Of a stretch of DNA of 64,000 nucleotides, positions 1-9,043 are shown in pieces. Under the pieces are notes generated by a model. That model was not told where the DNA came from. It did not search any database and saw only the letters and a list, made by a program, of their open reading frames with translations. The stretch covers positions 299,355 to 363,354 of the forward strand of contig JAEUVA010000046.1 in assembly GCA_016787045.1 (NCBI GenBank), read 5' to 3'. Position numbers and translations under genes: made by a program. This stretch comes from Chitinophagales bacterium. Its GTDB lineage: Bacteria > Bacteroidota > Bacteroidia > Chitinophagales > LD1. The stretch's first letter is position 1, and each line of letters opens with the position of its first letter.

Positions 1-1163
1 TTACTTTCACTAAAAATGCGCTGAGCTTGATTCCGGGTTTATATTACATTGGAATATACTATCAAAACGGTAGCAACAATTATTCGCTGATCAATCAAAC
101 TACCTACTACAACCCGGTAACCATTAATGTAACGGGGCCATTCAACAGTATGCAAATGTACAGCAACACTACGTTTAGCCCTACACAACCCATCAAAAGC
201 CAAAGTTTTACGGTGAATACACAAATTGCCAATGCAGGCGGCACAAATTTCAGTGGCTACCTAGCGGCTGATTTGTTTGATATGGAAGGCAACTATGTGG
301 CTAACATACAAGACCTTTCGGGGGTAAGTTTATCTTCCGGTTACTACAATAATTTTCAGTTTGCTACCAATGGCCTAAATGTAGATCCGGGCACATACTA
401 TGTGGCTTTTTACAGTTCCACCAACGGCCAAAACTGGAGCTTGGTGTACAACAACAACTATCCCAATCCGGTAACTGTAACTATTGTAGCAGCACCACTC
501 AGCCCAGACCAATATGAGTCTAACAATAGCTCAGGTACAGCTTACGCCATGCCCGTAAACTTTAGCGGAAACAATGCTACTGTTTTAACTACCGGTTCAA
601 ATATGCACGTGGGTAACGATTATGATTACTATAAACTCAATTTGCCATCCGGCACCAACTATGCTATTACCGCAAGAGTTCACGATAGCTACAACAGCGG
701 CAATGGTCAAAACTATACTAATGATGTTCAATTCAGTTATATGGTAAATGGCGGCAACTGGAGCGATACGTATGACGATATAATGCCCGGCAACATTGTG
801 ATCAACAATGGTGGTACCGTAGTTTTTTGGGTGAGTAATTATTTTTCGGGAAGCACAGGCACATACTTGCTTGACTTACAACTTCAACGCGGACAGAGTG
901 TAGGTATAAATGAGCCGTATGTAACCACCATTTCGGCTTTTCCTAACCCCACACAAGATGTTTTATTTATTGATGCCGGAAATTTGACCGGCAGCTATTT
1001 GTTGCAAATTTGTGATTACAATGGTCGTGTAGTAAAGCAAAACGAGGGAGTTTTATCTGACGAATTGATAAAAACAAGCACCAATGGTTTGGCTAAAGGC
1101 ATATACTTGTTACAACTAACCACAGCCGAAACTAAAGCTACCACCAAAATAGTAATTGAGTAA
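1..1163 (+). CDS. Secreted protein, 5' partial, with PPC-like domain and T9SS C-terminal sorting domain
   Basis: The frame of ORF 27..1163 stays open back to nt 3, so the gene starts upstream of the window. The sequence is Asn/Tyr/Gly-rich. 'GNDYDYYKLNLPSGTNYAI' resembles pre-peptidase C-terminal (PPC) domains. The last ~80 aa ('ISAFPNPTQDVLFIDAG...GIYLLQLTT...TKIVIE') fit the T9SS CTD pattern. Confidence 0.6.
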   Translation, partial: TFTKNALSLIPGLYYIGIYYQNGSNNYSLINQTTYYNPVTINVTGPFNSMQMYSNTTFSPTQPIKSQSFTVNTQIANAGGTNFSGYLAADLFDMEGNYVANIQDLSGVSLSSGYYNNFQFATNGLNVDPGTYYVAFYSSTNGQNWSLVYNNNYPNPVTVTIVAAPLSPDQYESNNSSGTAYAMPVNFSGNNATVLTTGSNMHVGNDYDYYKLNLPSGTNYAITARVHDSYNSGNGQNYTNDVQFSYMVNGGNWSDTYDDIMPGNIVINNGGTVVFWVSNYFSGSTGTYLLDLQLQRGQSVGINEPYVTTISAFPNPTQDVLFIDAGNLTGSYLLQICDYNGRVVKQNEGVLSDELIKTSTNGLAKGIYLLQLTTAETKATTKIVIE

Positions 1164-1176
1164 ATTATTTCATCCA

Positions 1177-1207
1177 CCAAAGGCACCGCTCGGTGCCTTT
1201 GGTTTTT
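1177..1207 (+). terminator. Intrinsic terminator after the T9SS cargo gene
   Basis: Perfect inverted repeat ccaaaggcaccg/cggtgcctttgg followed by a T-run. It overlaps the annotated 1193 start, which argues for the later ATG at 1220. Confidence 0.6.
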
Positions 1208-1219
1208 CAAACTAATGCT

Positions 1220-1696
1220 ATGTGGAAATACTTCGTTTGCTTACTTACCATTATCACCGCTTGCAAAACAAAAAATGTGGTTGAGGGAGTTACTTACACC
1301 GGTGAACAAACCATTGTTTACAAAACTGTGAACGATTACCACGAATACGTACCGGTAACTATGAATACAGAAAAAACAGAAATTGTGGCTTACCCATCGC
1401 CCAAAGATGTGTACCGCAATGGCCAACTGGCTTTGCCCACCACTTTAGCAAACGGATACTGGTTAGATAACCGTGGAGTAAATGCAAACACTGTTTTTCT
1501 AAACATTACTTACCGTGAGTATGCTCAGCTAACCGAAGCCCCATCATTACAAAAAATGCTAGATATGATTAAAGACAAAAACCCCTTTGAAAGTATCTAT
1601 AATTTAGGAACCCGCAACCGTTTCAAAGATGAGGTAAGCGAAATCAACTACATCATCAAAAAGAATTTACTACAGCAATTCAAAAAAGTGAAATAG
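1220..1696 (+). CDS. Hypothetical lipoprotein
   Basis: ATG at 1220 gives 'MWKYFVCLLTIITAC', a lipoprotein-type signal with lipobox Cys. No recognisable catalytic motif. Confidence 0.5.
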   Translation: MWKYFVCLLTIITACKTKNVVEGVTYTGEQTIVYKTVNDYHEYVPVTMNTEKTEIVAYPSPKDVYRNGQLALPTTLANGYWLDNRGVNANTVFLNITYREYAQLTEAPSLQKMLDMIKDKNPFESIYNLGTRNRFKDEVSEINYIIKKNLLQQFKKVK

Positions 1697-1697
1697 C

Positions 1698-2168
1698 GTG
1701 GAGTTAAAGCGATTTAATGTACGAGTTTACGGACTATTGATTAACGAACGCAATGAATTACTTGTTTCTGACGAAGCGTTTAAAACCGGCATGAAAGCCA
1801 CCAAGTTTCCGGGCGGAGGGTTAGAGTTAGGCGAAGGAACTATAGAAGGACTGATACGGGAGTTTAAAGAAGAATGCGGCATTGATATAGAAGTAGTCAA
1901 GCACTTTTACACTACCGATTTTTTTGTGCGTTCTGCATTTGAGTTTAATAGCGATAGCCAAATCATTAGTATCTACTACATCGTAAAATCTTCAGACTGG
2001 AACAAAATCAAAACATCTGAAGTAAAATTTGATTTTGAATATGTACCGGGCGTTGAGCGGGAGTCATTTCGCTGGGTAAAACTAACTGAGTTAAAAAACG
2101 AAGAAGACATCAAACTGCCTACCGATGTAGTTGTACTCAACCTTCTCGTATCAAACAACAACGCGTAG
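1698..2168 (+). CDS. NUDIX hydrolase
   Basis: Nudix box 'GGGLELGEGTIEGLIREFKEECGI' (GX5EX7REUXEEXGU). Confidence 0.85.
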   Translation: MELKRFNVRVYGLLINERNELLVSDEAFKTGMKATKFPGGGLELGEGTIEGLIREFKEECGIDIEVVKHFYTTDFFVRSAFEFNSDSQIISIYYIVKSSDWNKIKTSEVKFDFEYVPGVERESFRWVKLTELKNEEDIKLPTDVVVLNLLVSNNNA

Positions 2169-2203
2169 CGTAATACATTTCTACATTTTCCGTTATTTAC
2201 TGC

Positions 2204-2845
2204 ATGAATCAAGCATTGGTAAAAATGTGGAGCAAGTGCAACTGGTTTGTGGTACCATACCTCATTTTTGTGTTGCTGGGCGCTGGCATCATGCTATCTT
2301 TTGAAAAGGGAGCTGACATCCTTTACATCAATGCACTTCACACGCCTGCAGCCGATTCGTTGTTCAAAGTACTTACCAAAAGTGTAGAGTTTCCGTTGAT
2401 AGTTGTATGGATGATAATAGTAGGTGCGTTTCACTTCAGGCATTCTTTGTTTGTTGCTGCGTGCACGGTGTTAGCAGGCATGATTGTCCAGGTGCTCAAA
2501 CATTTTATATTTACTGATATGGCAAGACCGGCTTTATTTTTTCAACAAAAAAACAATTTAAATTTTGTGGATGGAGTGGAGATTCTGCACCAGCATAGCT
2601 TTCCATCAGGCCATACAGCTGCGGCTTTTTCGCTGTGCTTGGCATTAGCATTAATTGTACAAAACAAAAAAATAGGAGCTTTACTTTTTGTTACCGCTCT
2701 TTTAGTTGCCGTATCGCGTGTTTATCTTTTGCAGCATTTTTTTAGAGATGTATATGCCGGTGCTGCTGTGGGGGTATTTGCGAGTATTGCCACCTACCTT
2801 GTTTTTACCCAACTCCATCTATTTTCCAGCGAAAAAGAAGCGTAG
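2204..2845 (+). CDS. PAP2-family membrane phosphatase
   Basis: Multiple TM helices. PAP2 motifs 'SFPSGH' and 'SRVYLLQHFFRD' (SRx5Hx3D). Confidence 0.8.
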   Translation: MNQALVKMWSKCNWFVVPYLIFVLLGAGIMLSFEKGADILYINALHTPAADSLFKVLTKSVEFPLIVVWMIIVGAFHFRHSLFVAACTVLAGMIVQVLKHFIFTDMARPALFFQQKNNLNFVDGVEILHQHSFPSGHTAAAFSLCLALALIVQNKKIGALLFVTALLVAVSRVYLLQHFFRDVYAGAAVGVFASIATYLVFTQLHLFSSEKEA

Positions 2846-2924
2846 CAATCGCCAAGTACATAGCAATAAAAAAGGGACATAGTTTCCTATGCCCCTGAGT
2901 TATGTTTTAAATGTTTACGTTTTT

Positions 2925-3146
2925 CTAATGTTCATCTTCATGAAAAAAGAAATCGTCTTTGGTCGGGTAATCCGGCCAAATGTCTTCTATCCCTTCGTAC
3001 ATTTCGCCATCATCATCCAGTTCTTGCAGGTTCTCAATTACCTCTACGGGTGCTCCAGAGCGGATAGCATAATCTATTAGCTCATCTTTGTTAGATGGCC
3101 AAGGTGCATCTTCTAAGTATGATGCTAATTCTAGTGTCCAAAACAT
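2925..3146 (-). CDS. DUF2795-like small acidic protein
   Basis: 73 aa. 'WPSNKDELIDYAIRSGAPVEVIENLQEL' resembles the DUF2795 pattern. The + strand ORF 2889..3080 is its antisense shadow. Confidence 0.55.
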   Translation of the reverse strand: MFWTLELASYLEDAPWPSNKDELIDYAIRSGAPVEVIENLQELDDDGEMYEGIEDIWPDYPTKDDFFFHEDEH

Positions 3147-3303
3147 ATGTGTCCGTTTTTAACGAGCGGCAAAAGTAATTTTTTCCGTTACGCTCCAAAG
3201 TTCTTTGAAACTTAGTGTACAAGATGTGTACAAGTAGCCCTAAATCAGTTAGATTTTTAAGACACCACCGGGCTTTTCAACATCAGAGCTACCAAAAGGG
3301 CTG

Positions 3304-4203
3304 TTGCAACCTGCTTTCGGTTGGCTATGTTTGATGCAAATATTTTTTCAGTTGGCAAGCAGCAAAGGCACCTCTTATTTTTATTCGGTTTTTGGCACTA
3401 CGTTAGTGCTGTTTGTAATGGGCGTGGCTTTGCTTTTGGGCTTTGAAGCCAAAAAAATTTCGGGTGGTTTTAAAGAAAATCTGGTGGTAGAAATTGTACT
3501 CAACGACAGCTTGCCACTATCTCAAATCTCTGCCTTACAGAAAAAAATTGAACAGCAAGAGTACTGCAAACAAGTGCAGTTTATATCTAAACAAGATGCC
3601 GCCAAAACTTTGCAAAAAGATTTAGGTGAAGATTTTTTAGACATATTAGGATACAACCCCCTGTATGCATCGCTGGTACTTAACCTCAAAGAAGAATTTG
3701 CCAACTCAAAAAGCACGCAACTGATAAACACTGAAATAAGCGCTATGGCAGGCGTACAACAAGTTAATTTTCAGAAAAATATTTTAGAAAAATTAGATGA
3801 AAATATCCGACAGTTTTCTTTGGTAGCTGTTGTAATCACGGGCTTGCTGCTCTTTTTTGCGGTATCGCTCATTTTCAGCACTATTCGTTTAGCTATTTTC
3901 TCCAGCAGGTTTATTATTAAAACCATGCAACTGTTTGGCGCCACTAAATGGTTTATTATTAAACCCTTTTTAGGCCGCAGCATTTTCAACGGCTTTTTGA
4001 GTGGCATACTCAGTTGTGTGTTACTTATCGCATTGATTTGGTATTTTGACTACACACTGCCTGAACTTGGTTTGCAGGGCGATTTGGTTACATTCGCGCT
4101 GCTGTTTGGGGGGCTGTTGCTGTTTGGAATGATTATTTCGTTTTTCAGCACACTCACCGCAGTACTTCGCTACCTACAAATGAAGGTAGATGACTTGTAC
4201 TAA
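3304..4203 (+). CDS. ftsX: Cell-division ABC permease-like protein FtsX
   Basis: One N-terminal TM helix, a ~100 aa extracytoplasmic domain, then three C-terminal TM helices with 'MQLFGATKWFIIKPF'. The exact start is uncertain (TTG at 3304 or a downstream ATG). Confidence 0.75.
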   Translation: MQPAFGWLCLMQIFFQLASSKGTSYFYSVFGTTLVLFVMGVALLLGFEAKKISGGFKENLVVEIVLNDSLPLSQISALQKKIEQQEYCKQVQFISKQDAAKTLQKDLGEDFLDILGYNPLYASLVLNLKEEFANSKSTQLINTEISAMAGVQQVNFQKNILEKLDENIRQFSLVAVVITGLLLFFAVSLIFSTIRLAIFSSRFIIKTMQLFGATKWFIIKPFLGRSIFNGFLSGILSCVLLIALIWYFDYTLPELGLQGDLVTFALLFGGLLLFGMIISFFSTLTAVLRYLQMKVDDLY

Positions 4204-4216
4204 TTCGCTTTAAACC

Positions 4217-4513
4217 ATGGCAAAACAACAACCACAGCAAAAAGCCAAAACGGCTTCGGCTACTGTAGCACCAAAACAGGTGGCACCTCAATTGCCCTTT
4301 ATTTTTGATCGCACCAACTACATAATTATGGTAGTAGGTGTAGTAGTCATACTTGCGGGATTTTGGCTGATGAGTGGTGGCGCTACTACAGACCCTAACG
4401 TGTTTCCGGCCGAAGAGATTTACAGTTTTCGCAGAATAACCTTAGCTCCAATTGTGATTTTAGTGGGCTTTGCCATTGAGATTTTTGCCATCCTTAAAAG
4501 ACCTAAGAATTAA
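4217..4513 (+). CDS. DUF3098-like small membrane protein
   Basis: 98 aa with two TM helices. It lies between ftsX and uppP, as is common in Bacteroidota. Confidence 0.5.
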   Translation: MAKQQPQQKAKTASATVAPKQVAPQLPFIFDRTNYIIMVVGVVVILAGFWLMSGGATTDPNVFPAEEIYSFRRITLAPIVILVGFAIEIFAILKRPKN

Positions 4514-5376
4514 TGACTACTGCCGAGGCGGTAATACTTGCTATTGTTGAAGGACTTACCGAATTTTTGCCCGTATCTTCTACCGGGCACATGATACTTA
4601 CCGAAGCGCTGCTGCACATGCAGGGCTCCGAATTTTTGAAAGCGTTTACCGTGTCTATACAATTTGGTGCCATAGCCGCTGTGGTGGTGCTGTATTGGAG
4701 GCGTTTTTTTCAAACCATAGATTTTTACCTCAAGTTGTTTGTGGCTTTTTTGCCCATTGCAGTTTTGGGTTTGTTGCTCAAAGATTCTATTGAAAGTTTA
4801 CTAGAAAATGTAGTGGTGGTTTCGGTGGCATTAATTGTAGGTGGGGTAATACTGATTTTTTTAGACAAAATTTTTCACCACCAGATTGAAGAAGCCATTG
4901 ATGACCCGGATTATGTATCGGTAAAAAAAATAGATGAGTTTGGCGTTGAATATGTGCAAGATGAACTGAGACAAATCAAAATAAGTTGGAAGCAGGCGTT
5001 TATTGTGGGTTGTTTTCAGTGTATGGGTTTAGTACCCGGTGTATCGCGCGCTGCTGCTACTATTGTTGGTGCCATGCAACAAGGGTTCAACATAAAACGT
5101 GCCTCTGAGTTTAGTTTTTTTCTGGCAGTGCCTACCATTTTTGCGGCCTCCGCATATTCACTTTGGGGGCACCGCACAGTTATTACAGGCACCAACATTG
5201 AGTACCTTATCATAGGCAACGTGGTGTCTTTTATTGTGGGGATGATTGCCATTCGGTTTTTTATTGAACTCATTACCCGCTTAGGGTTACGCTTTTTTGG
5301 GTATTACCGTATCGCCTTGGGGGTTATCATCCTCATCCTGCTTGCGTTGGGTTACGATATTAAAATCAATCATTAA
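4513..5376 (+). CDS. uppP: Undecaprenyl-diphosphate phosphatase
   Basis: 'EGLTEFLPVSSTGH' BacA/UppP motif and polytopic membrane topology. Confidence 0.9.
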   Translation: MTTAEAVILAIVEGLTEFLPVSSTGHMILTEALLHMQGSEFLKAFTVSIQFGAIAAVVVLYWRRFFQTIDFYLKLFVAFLPIAVLGLLLKDSIESLLENVVVVSVALIVGGVILIFLDKIFHHQIEEAIDDPDYVSVKKIDEFGVEYVQDELRQIKISWKQAFIVGCFQCMGLVPGVSRAAATIVGAMQQGFNIKRASEFSFFLAVPTIFAASAYSLWGHRTVITGTNIEYLIIGNVVSFIVGMIAIRFFIELITRLGLRFFGYYRIALGVIILILLALGYDIKINH

Positions 5377-6063
5377 ATGGATTTTAAAGCAGGCGGAGTT
5401 TGGCTAATAAACAAACCGGCCGGATGGACATCTTTTGATGTGGTTAACAAACTGCGCTATACTGTTACCAAAAAAATTGGCGAGCGAATAAAGGTAGGTC
5501 ATGCCGGTACTTTAGACCCTTTTGCCACCGGATTGCTCTTAGTTTGTTACGGTAAAATGACCAAGCGTATCGATGAATTTACGGGCATGGATAAAGAGTA
5601 CACTGGCACCATTATGTTTGGCGCTACCACACCCACCTACGACCCCGATAGCGAAATCGACCAAACCTACCCAACCGCACATTTAAACAAAGAGACAATC
5701 ACCCAAGCTGCTACAAAATTTGTGGGTGCTATACAGCAGATACCACCGGCTTATAGCGCCATAAAAGTGGATGGCAACCGCTCATACGATTTGGCTCGAA
5801 AAGGTACTGCTGTTGAGCTAAGAGCACGGCCCGTGAATGTATATGAGTTTGAACTAACACGTATTGAGATACCAGAGGTGGACTTTAGGGTGCTATGCAG
5901 TAAAGGAACTTACATTCGCTCATTGGCTTACGACTTAGGAAAAACCGTAGAAAGCGGAGCGTATCTCAAAAGTTTATGCCGTACTAAAATTGGTGATTTC
6001 AGCATAGACAACTCACTCTCTATTGAACAAAGCGTAGAGCAAATAAAGAATGCAGAAGTTTAG
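5377..6063 (+). CDS. truB: tRNA pseudouridine(55) synthase
   Basis: Catalytic-Asp motif 'GHAGTLDPFATGLL'. Starts immediately after the uppP stop. Confidence 0.9.
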   Translation: MDFKAGGVWLINKPAGWTSFDVVNKLRYTVTKKIGERIKVGHAGTLDPFATGLLLVCYGKMTKRIDEFTGMDKEYTGTIMFGATTPTYDPDSEIDQTYPTAHLNKETITQAATKFVGAIQQIPPAYSAIKVDGNRSYDLARKGTAVELRARPVNVYEFELTRIEIPEVDFRVLCSKGTYIRSLAYDLGKTVESGAYLKSLCRTKIGDFSIDNSLSIEQSVEQIKNAEV

Positions 6064-6065
6064 AT

Positions 6066-7034
6066 TTGCACCAAAGTATGAATGTATTTTATCAGTTAAA
6101 TAATCTTCCGGCATTTAACCGATCCGTCATTACCATTGGTACATTTGATGGTGTGCACAAAGGTCATGTGCAACTCATTGAAAAAATTAAAAATATTGCC
6201 GACCAAACTGCTGGAGAAAGTGTCATCATCACCTTTCATCCGCATCCGCGCTTGGTGATAAACCCCAGCGACCAATCGCTGCGACTGCTCAATACCATTG
6301 ATGAAAAAATTGAGCTACTGAGGCAGCACGGTATTAACAATGTGGTGGTGGTTCCTTTTAGCCGCGATTTTTCGGAGATGAGTGCAGAAGAATATGTTAG
6401 CAGCTTTTTAGTCAAGAGCTTTCATCCGGCAACTATAGTAATTGGCTACGACCATCGATTTGGCAAAAACCGCACGGGCAATTTTTCGCTTTTAGAGAAA
6501 ATGAAAAGTGTTTATGGTTACGAACTTGTAGAAATACAACAAGAAATGCTAGACGACATATCTATCAGCTCGACCAAAATACGCACTGCGCTAAATGAAG
6601 GCCATGTGCAACTGGCCAACCAACTTCTCGGCTATAAGTATGCTTTTACCGGTACCGTGGTTAGGGGTTTACAAAACGGCAGAAAGTTAGGTTATCCCAC
6701 AGCCAATCTACAGTTATCTGATGAACGCAAGCTGATACCGCGTACAGGTATATATGCGGTACGTGTACTATATAAACCTAAGTCAGAAAATTTACCGGCA
6801 CAAGTGTACGCGGGCATGATGAGCATCGGCTACAACCCTACGTTTGACGGTAAAACGCAAACCATAGAAGTGAACATCTTAGATTATGATGGCGATTTGT
6901 ACGGAGAGCAGTTAACCGTGGAATTGGTAGATTTTATTCGTAATGAAAAAAAGTTTGACTCTATAGATGAACTCATTGCTGCCATAGCGGATGATGAGGT
7001 TAAAACACGAGGTATCATCCGATCTGCCATATAG
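6066..7034 (+). CDS. ribF: Bifunctional riboflavin kinase / FMN adenylyltransferase
   Basis: N-terminal 'GTFDGVHKGH' nucleotidyltransferase motif. C-terminal riboflavin-kinase region 'GYPTANL...'. The start may instead be the ATG at 6078. Confidence 0.9.
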   Translation: MHQSMNVFYQLNNLPAFNRSVITIGTFDGVHKGHVQLIEKIKNIADQTAGESVIITFHPHPRLVINPSDQSLRLLNTIDEKIELLRQHGINNVVVVPFSRDFSEMSAEEYVSSFLVKSFHPATIVIGYDHRFGKNRTGNFSLLEKMKSVYGYELVEIQQEMLDDISISSTKIRTALNEGHVQLANQLLGYKYAFTGTVVRGLQNGRKLGYPTANLQLSDERKLIPRTGIYAVRVLYKPKSENLPAQVYAGMMSIGYNPTFDGKTQTIEVNILDYDGDLYGEQLTVELVDFIRNEKKFDSIDELIAAIADDEVKTRGIIRSAI

Positions 7035-7582
7035 TGTTTGTTTGTTATTTTAGATGTGTGAAGCATTTTGCCGCCATATTACTTACTACACTTTTACTTT
7101 GGATGAATAGTTGCCGCCCTGATTATCCATTTTATTCGGTAACAGGACTAAAGCCGGTGTACATCAGCCACGACTCATTACCTTTAATTTACAATTTACC
7201 CCCACAACCTGTAGTCAATTCGGGGCCTATTTTTTTGCAAGACTCTCTTTTTTTTATGGTTGAAATGCGTAAAGGCATCCATGTATTTAATGTGAGCGAT
7301 AGCGCAAATCCGTTGTCGCTTACTTTTCTCAAAATTCCTGCGGTAACAGATTTTACATTGTCTGGCAATACGCTCTATGCAGATAATGGTACCAATCTGG
7401 TAACCATAAACCTTGCAAATCTTTATTCTATACAAGTCATGTACACACAACAAGATGTATTTTTGCCGATGCTATTTCCTAACAACTATTCGGGTAGATT
7501 TGAGTGTGTGGACCCTAAAAAAGGTATTGTAATAGATTGGGATACGGTTACTTTAAAAAGTCGTTGCTCATCATCTAATTAA
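7034..7582 (+). CDS. Lipoprotein with LVIVD-like beta-propeller repeats
   Basis: Signal and lipobox 'LLLWMNSC'. Repeat-like 'GIHVFNVSDSANPLSL'. The true start is probably the internal GTG at 7058. Confidence 0.4.
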   Translation: MFVCYFRCVKHFAAILLTTLLLWMNSCRPDYPFYSVTGLKPVYISHDSLPLIYNLPPQPVVNSGPIFLQDSLFFMVEMRKGIHVFNVSDSANPLSLTFLKIPAVTDFTLSGNTLYADNGTNLVTINLANLYSIQVMYTQQDVFLPMLFPNNYSGRFECVDPKKGIVIDWDTVTLKSRCSSSN

Positions 7583-7593
7583 ATAAATAAATT

Positions 7594-8346
7594 ATGTATA
7601 AAACATTAATTGCTGTTTCTGTAATGTTGCTGCTTTACTCTTGCAGTAAAGATGAAACCACCTACAACCCTGCCGCTAAAGGCAAGAGTGGTTCGGTTAC
7701 CCGTTTTGCGGCCCACAATGGTTATCTGTATGTATTAGATCAAAATAAAATTAAGACTTACATGGCTACGGGCAGTGGTGAACCCACGTTGCAATCAACC
7801 GTGTACACCGATTACGGATTAGAAACCATTACTATTTATGATGCAGTTATTTACCTTGGCTCAAGAGACGGCTTGTACATATTAGATATCAGCAACCCTT
7901 CATTGCCAAAAGTGTTGAGCAAAACCGAGCGCAGCACGCTCTTTGGCCGTTGCGACCCGGTGGTAGTGCAAGGCAACTATGCTTACTCTACCGTAAAAAC
8001 TACTGAAAATAGTTGCGGAAGCATTAGTGCAATAAGCGCATTGATTACCTACGATGTAAGCAACAAAAACAACCCTGTACAGATAGATGCTGTTGCACTT
8101 AATCAACCTAACGGATTGGGTATAGCCGGCAACCACCTTTTTGTCTGTGATGATGGTGATGATATGATTCATGTATTTGACATCACATCTACTACCCCGG
8201 TAAACTACACCACTATTACAGTAACCGATCCACGCGATGTAATTTGTACGGATGGTAAAATGATAGTTTCTACAGCCAATGGTTTTTGGTTTTACAACAT
8301 CAGCAACATCAGCGACATAAAACTAATTGGGAATATTGCGCAATAG
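7594..8346 (+). CDS. Lipoprotein with LVIVD-like beta-propeller repeats
   Basis: 'LLLYSCSKD' lipobox. Repeats 'DGLYILDISNPSLPKVL' and 'DDMIHVFDITS'. Confidence 0.5.
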   Translation: MYKTLIAVSVMLLLYSCSKDETTYNPAAKGKSGSVTRFAAHNGYLYVLDQNKIKTYMATGSGEPTLQSTVYTDYGLETITIYDAVIYLGSRDGLYILDISNPSLPKVLSKTERSTLFGRCDPVVVQGNYAYSTVKTTENSCGSISAISALITYDVSNKNNPVQIDAVALNQPNGLGIAGNHLFVCDDGDDMIHVFDITSTTPVNYTTITVTDPRDVICTDGKMIVSTANGFWFYNISNISDIKLIGNIAQ

Positions 8347-8347
8347 A

Positions 8348-9043
8348 ATGAAGCCGCATATCACTATTATGCTGGTACTGCTTTGCAGTGCTGTTGCCTA
8401 TTGCCAACCTGTTGCAGATTCAACAGCAAATGCAGCATTTAAAAGTGATAAAGCGCCCGCTCCGGTAGCTAACATTAAACTCAATTTACTGACCTTGCTT
8501 GACCCCATTCGCACCTCGCTAGCAGTGAGTGCAGATTTATATCTGCATGAACGAGTAGGATTAGAGTTAGGAGGAGGTTACATTTTTAGCAACTGGTTTC
8601 AGTCTTACAAGGGCGAAAAACTATACGGCTTTAGAGGGCGATTAGGGGTAAAATATTTTTTAAACCCCGATGATGAAACCGTGCCATACTTTGGTATAGA
8701 GGGAAAATTAAACTGGTACCACAAAAAACAATGGGAGCAAATTTGCCGCTATGGTTGCCAGTACAATGAAACATTTGTAACTACTAAACGGATAGTAACC
8801 GGAGGTATAGCGTTCAAAGCCGGCTCTCTGTTTTACATAAATAAAAAACGAAATGTTTTTTTTGATTTATATGGAGGTGTGGGATACAAATTAACCCACA
8901 TCAATTACCTGCTGCCGGATGATGCGGAACTGTTGCGGAATAGAAGTTGGCTGATGGGCATTAACCGTTTTACCGGAACTTACCACTTGCCAGACTTTTT
9001 GCTGGGCTTAAACATTGGCTACGCATTTTACCGCAAAAACTAA
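8348..9043 (+). CDS. Hypothetical exported protein, possibly an outer-membrane beta-barrel
   Basis: ATG at 8348 gives the signal peptide 'MKPHITIMLVLLCSAVAYCQ'. Alternating aromatic/Gly-rich segments and a C-terminal 'GYAFYRKN'. Confidence 0.35.
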   Translation: MKPHITIMLVLLCSAVAYCQPVADSTANAAFKSDKAPAPVANIKLNLLTLLDPIRTSLAVSADLYLHERVGLELGGGYIFSNWFQSYKGEKLYGFRGRLGVKYFLNPDDETVPYFGIEGKLNWYHKKQWEQICRYGCQYNETFVTTKRIVTGGIAFKAGSLFYINKKRNVFFDLYGGVGYKLTHINYLLPDDAELLRNRSWLMGINRFTGTYHLPDFLLGLNIGYAFYRKN

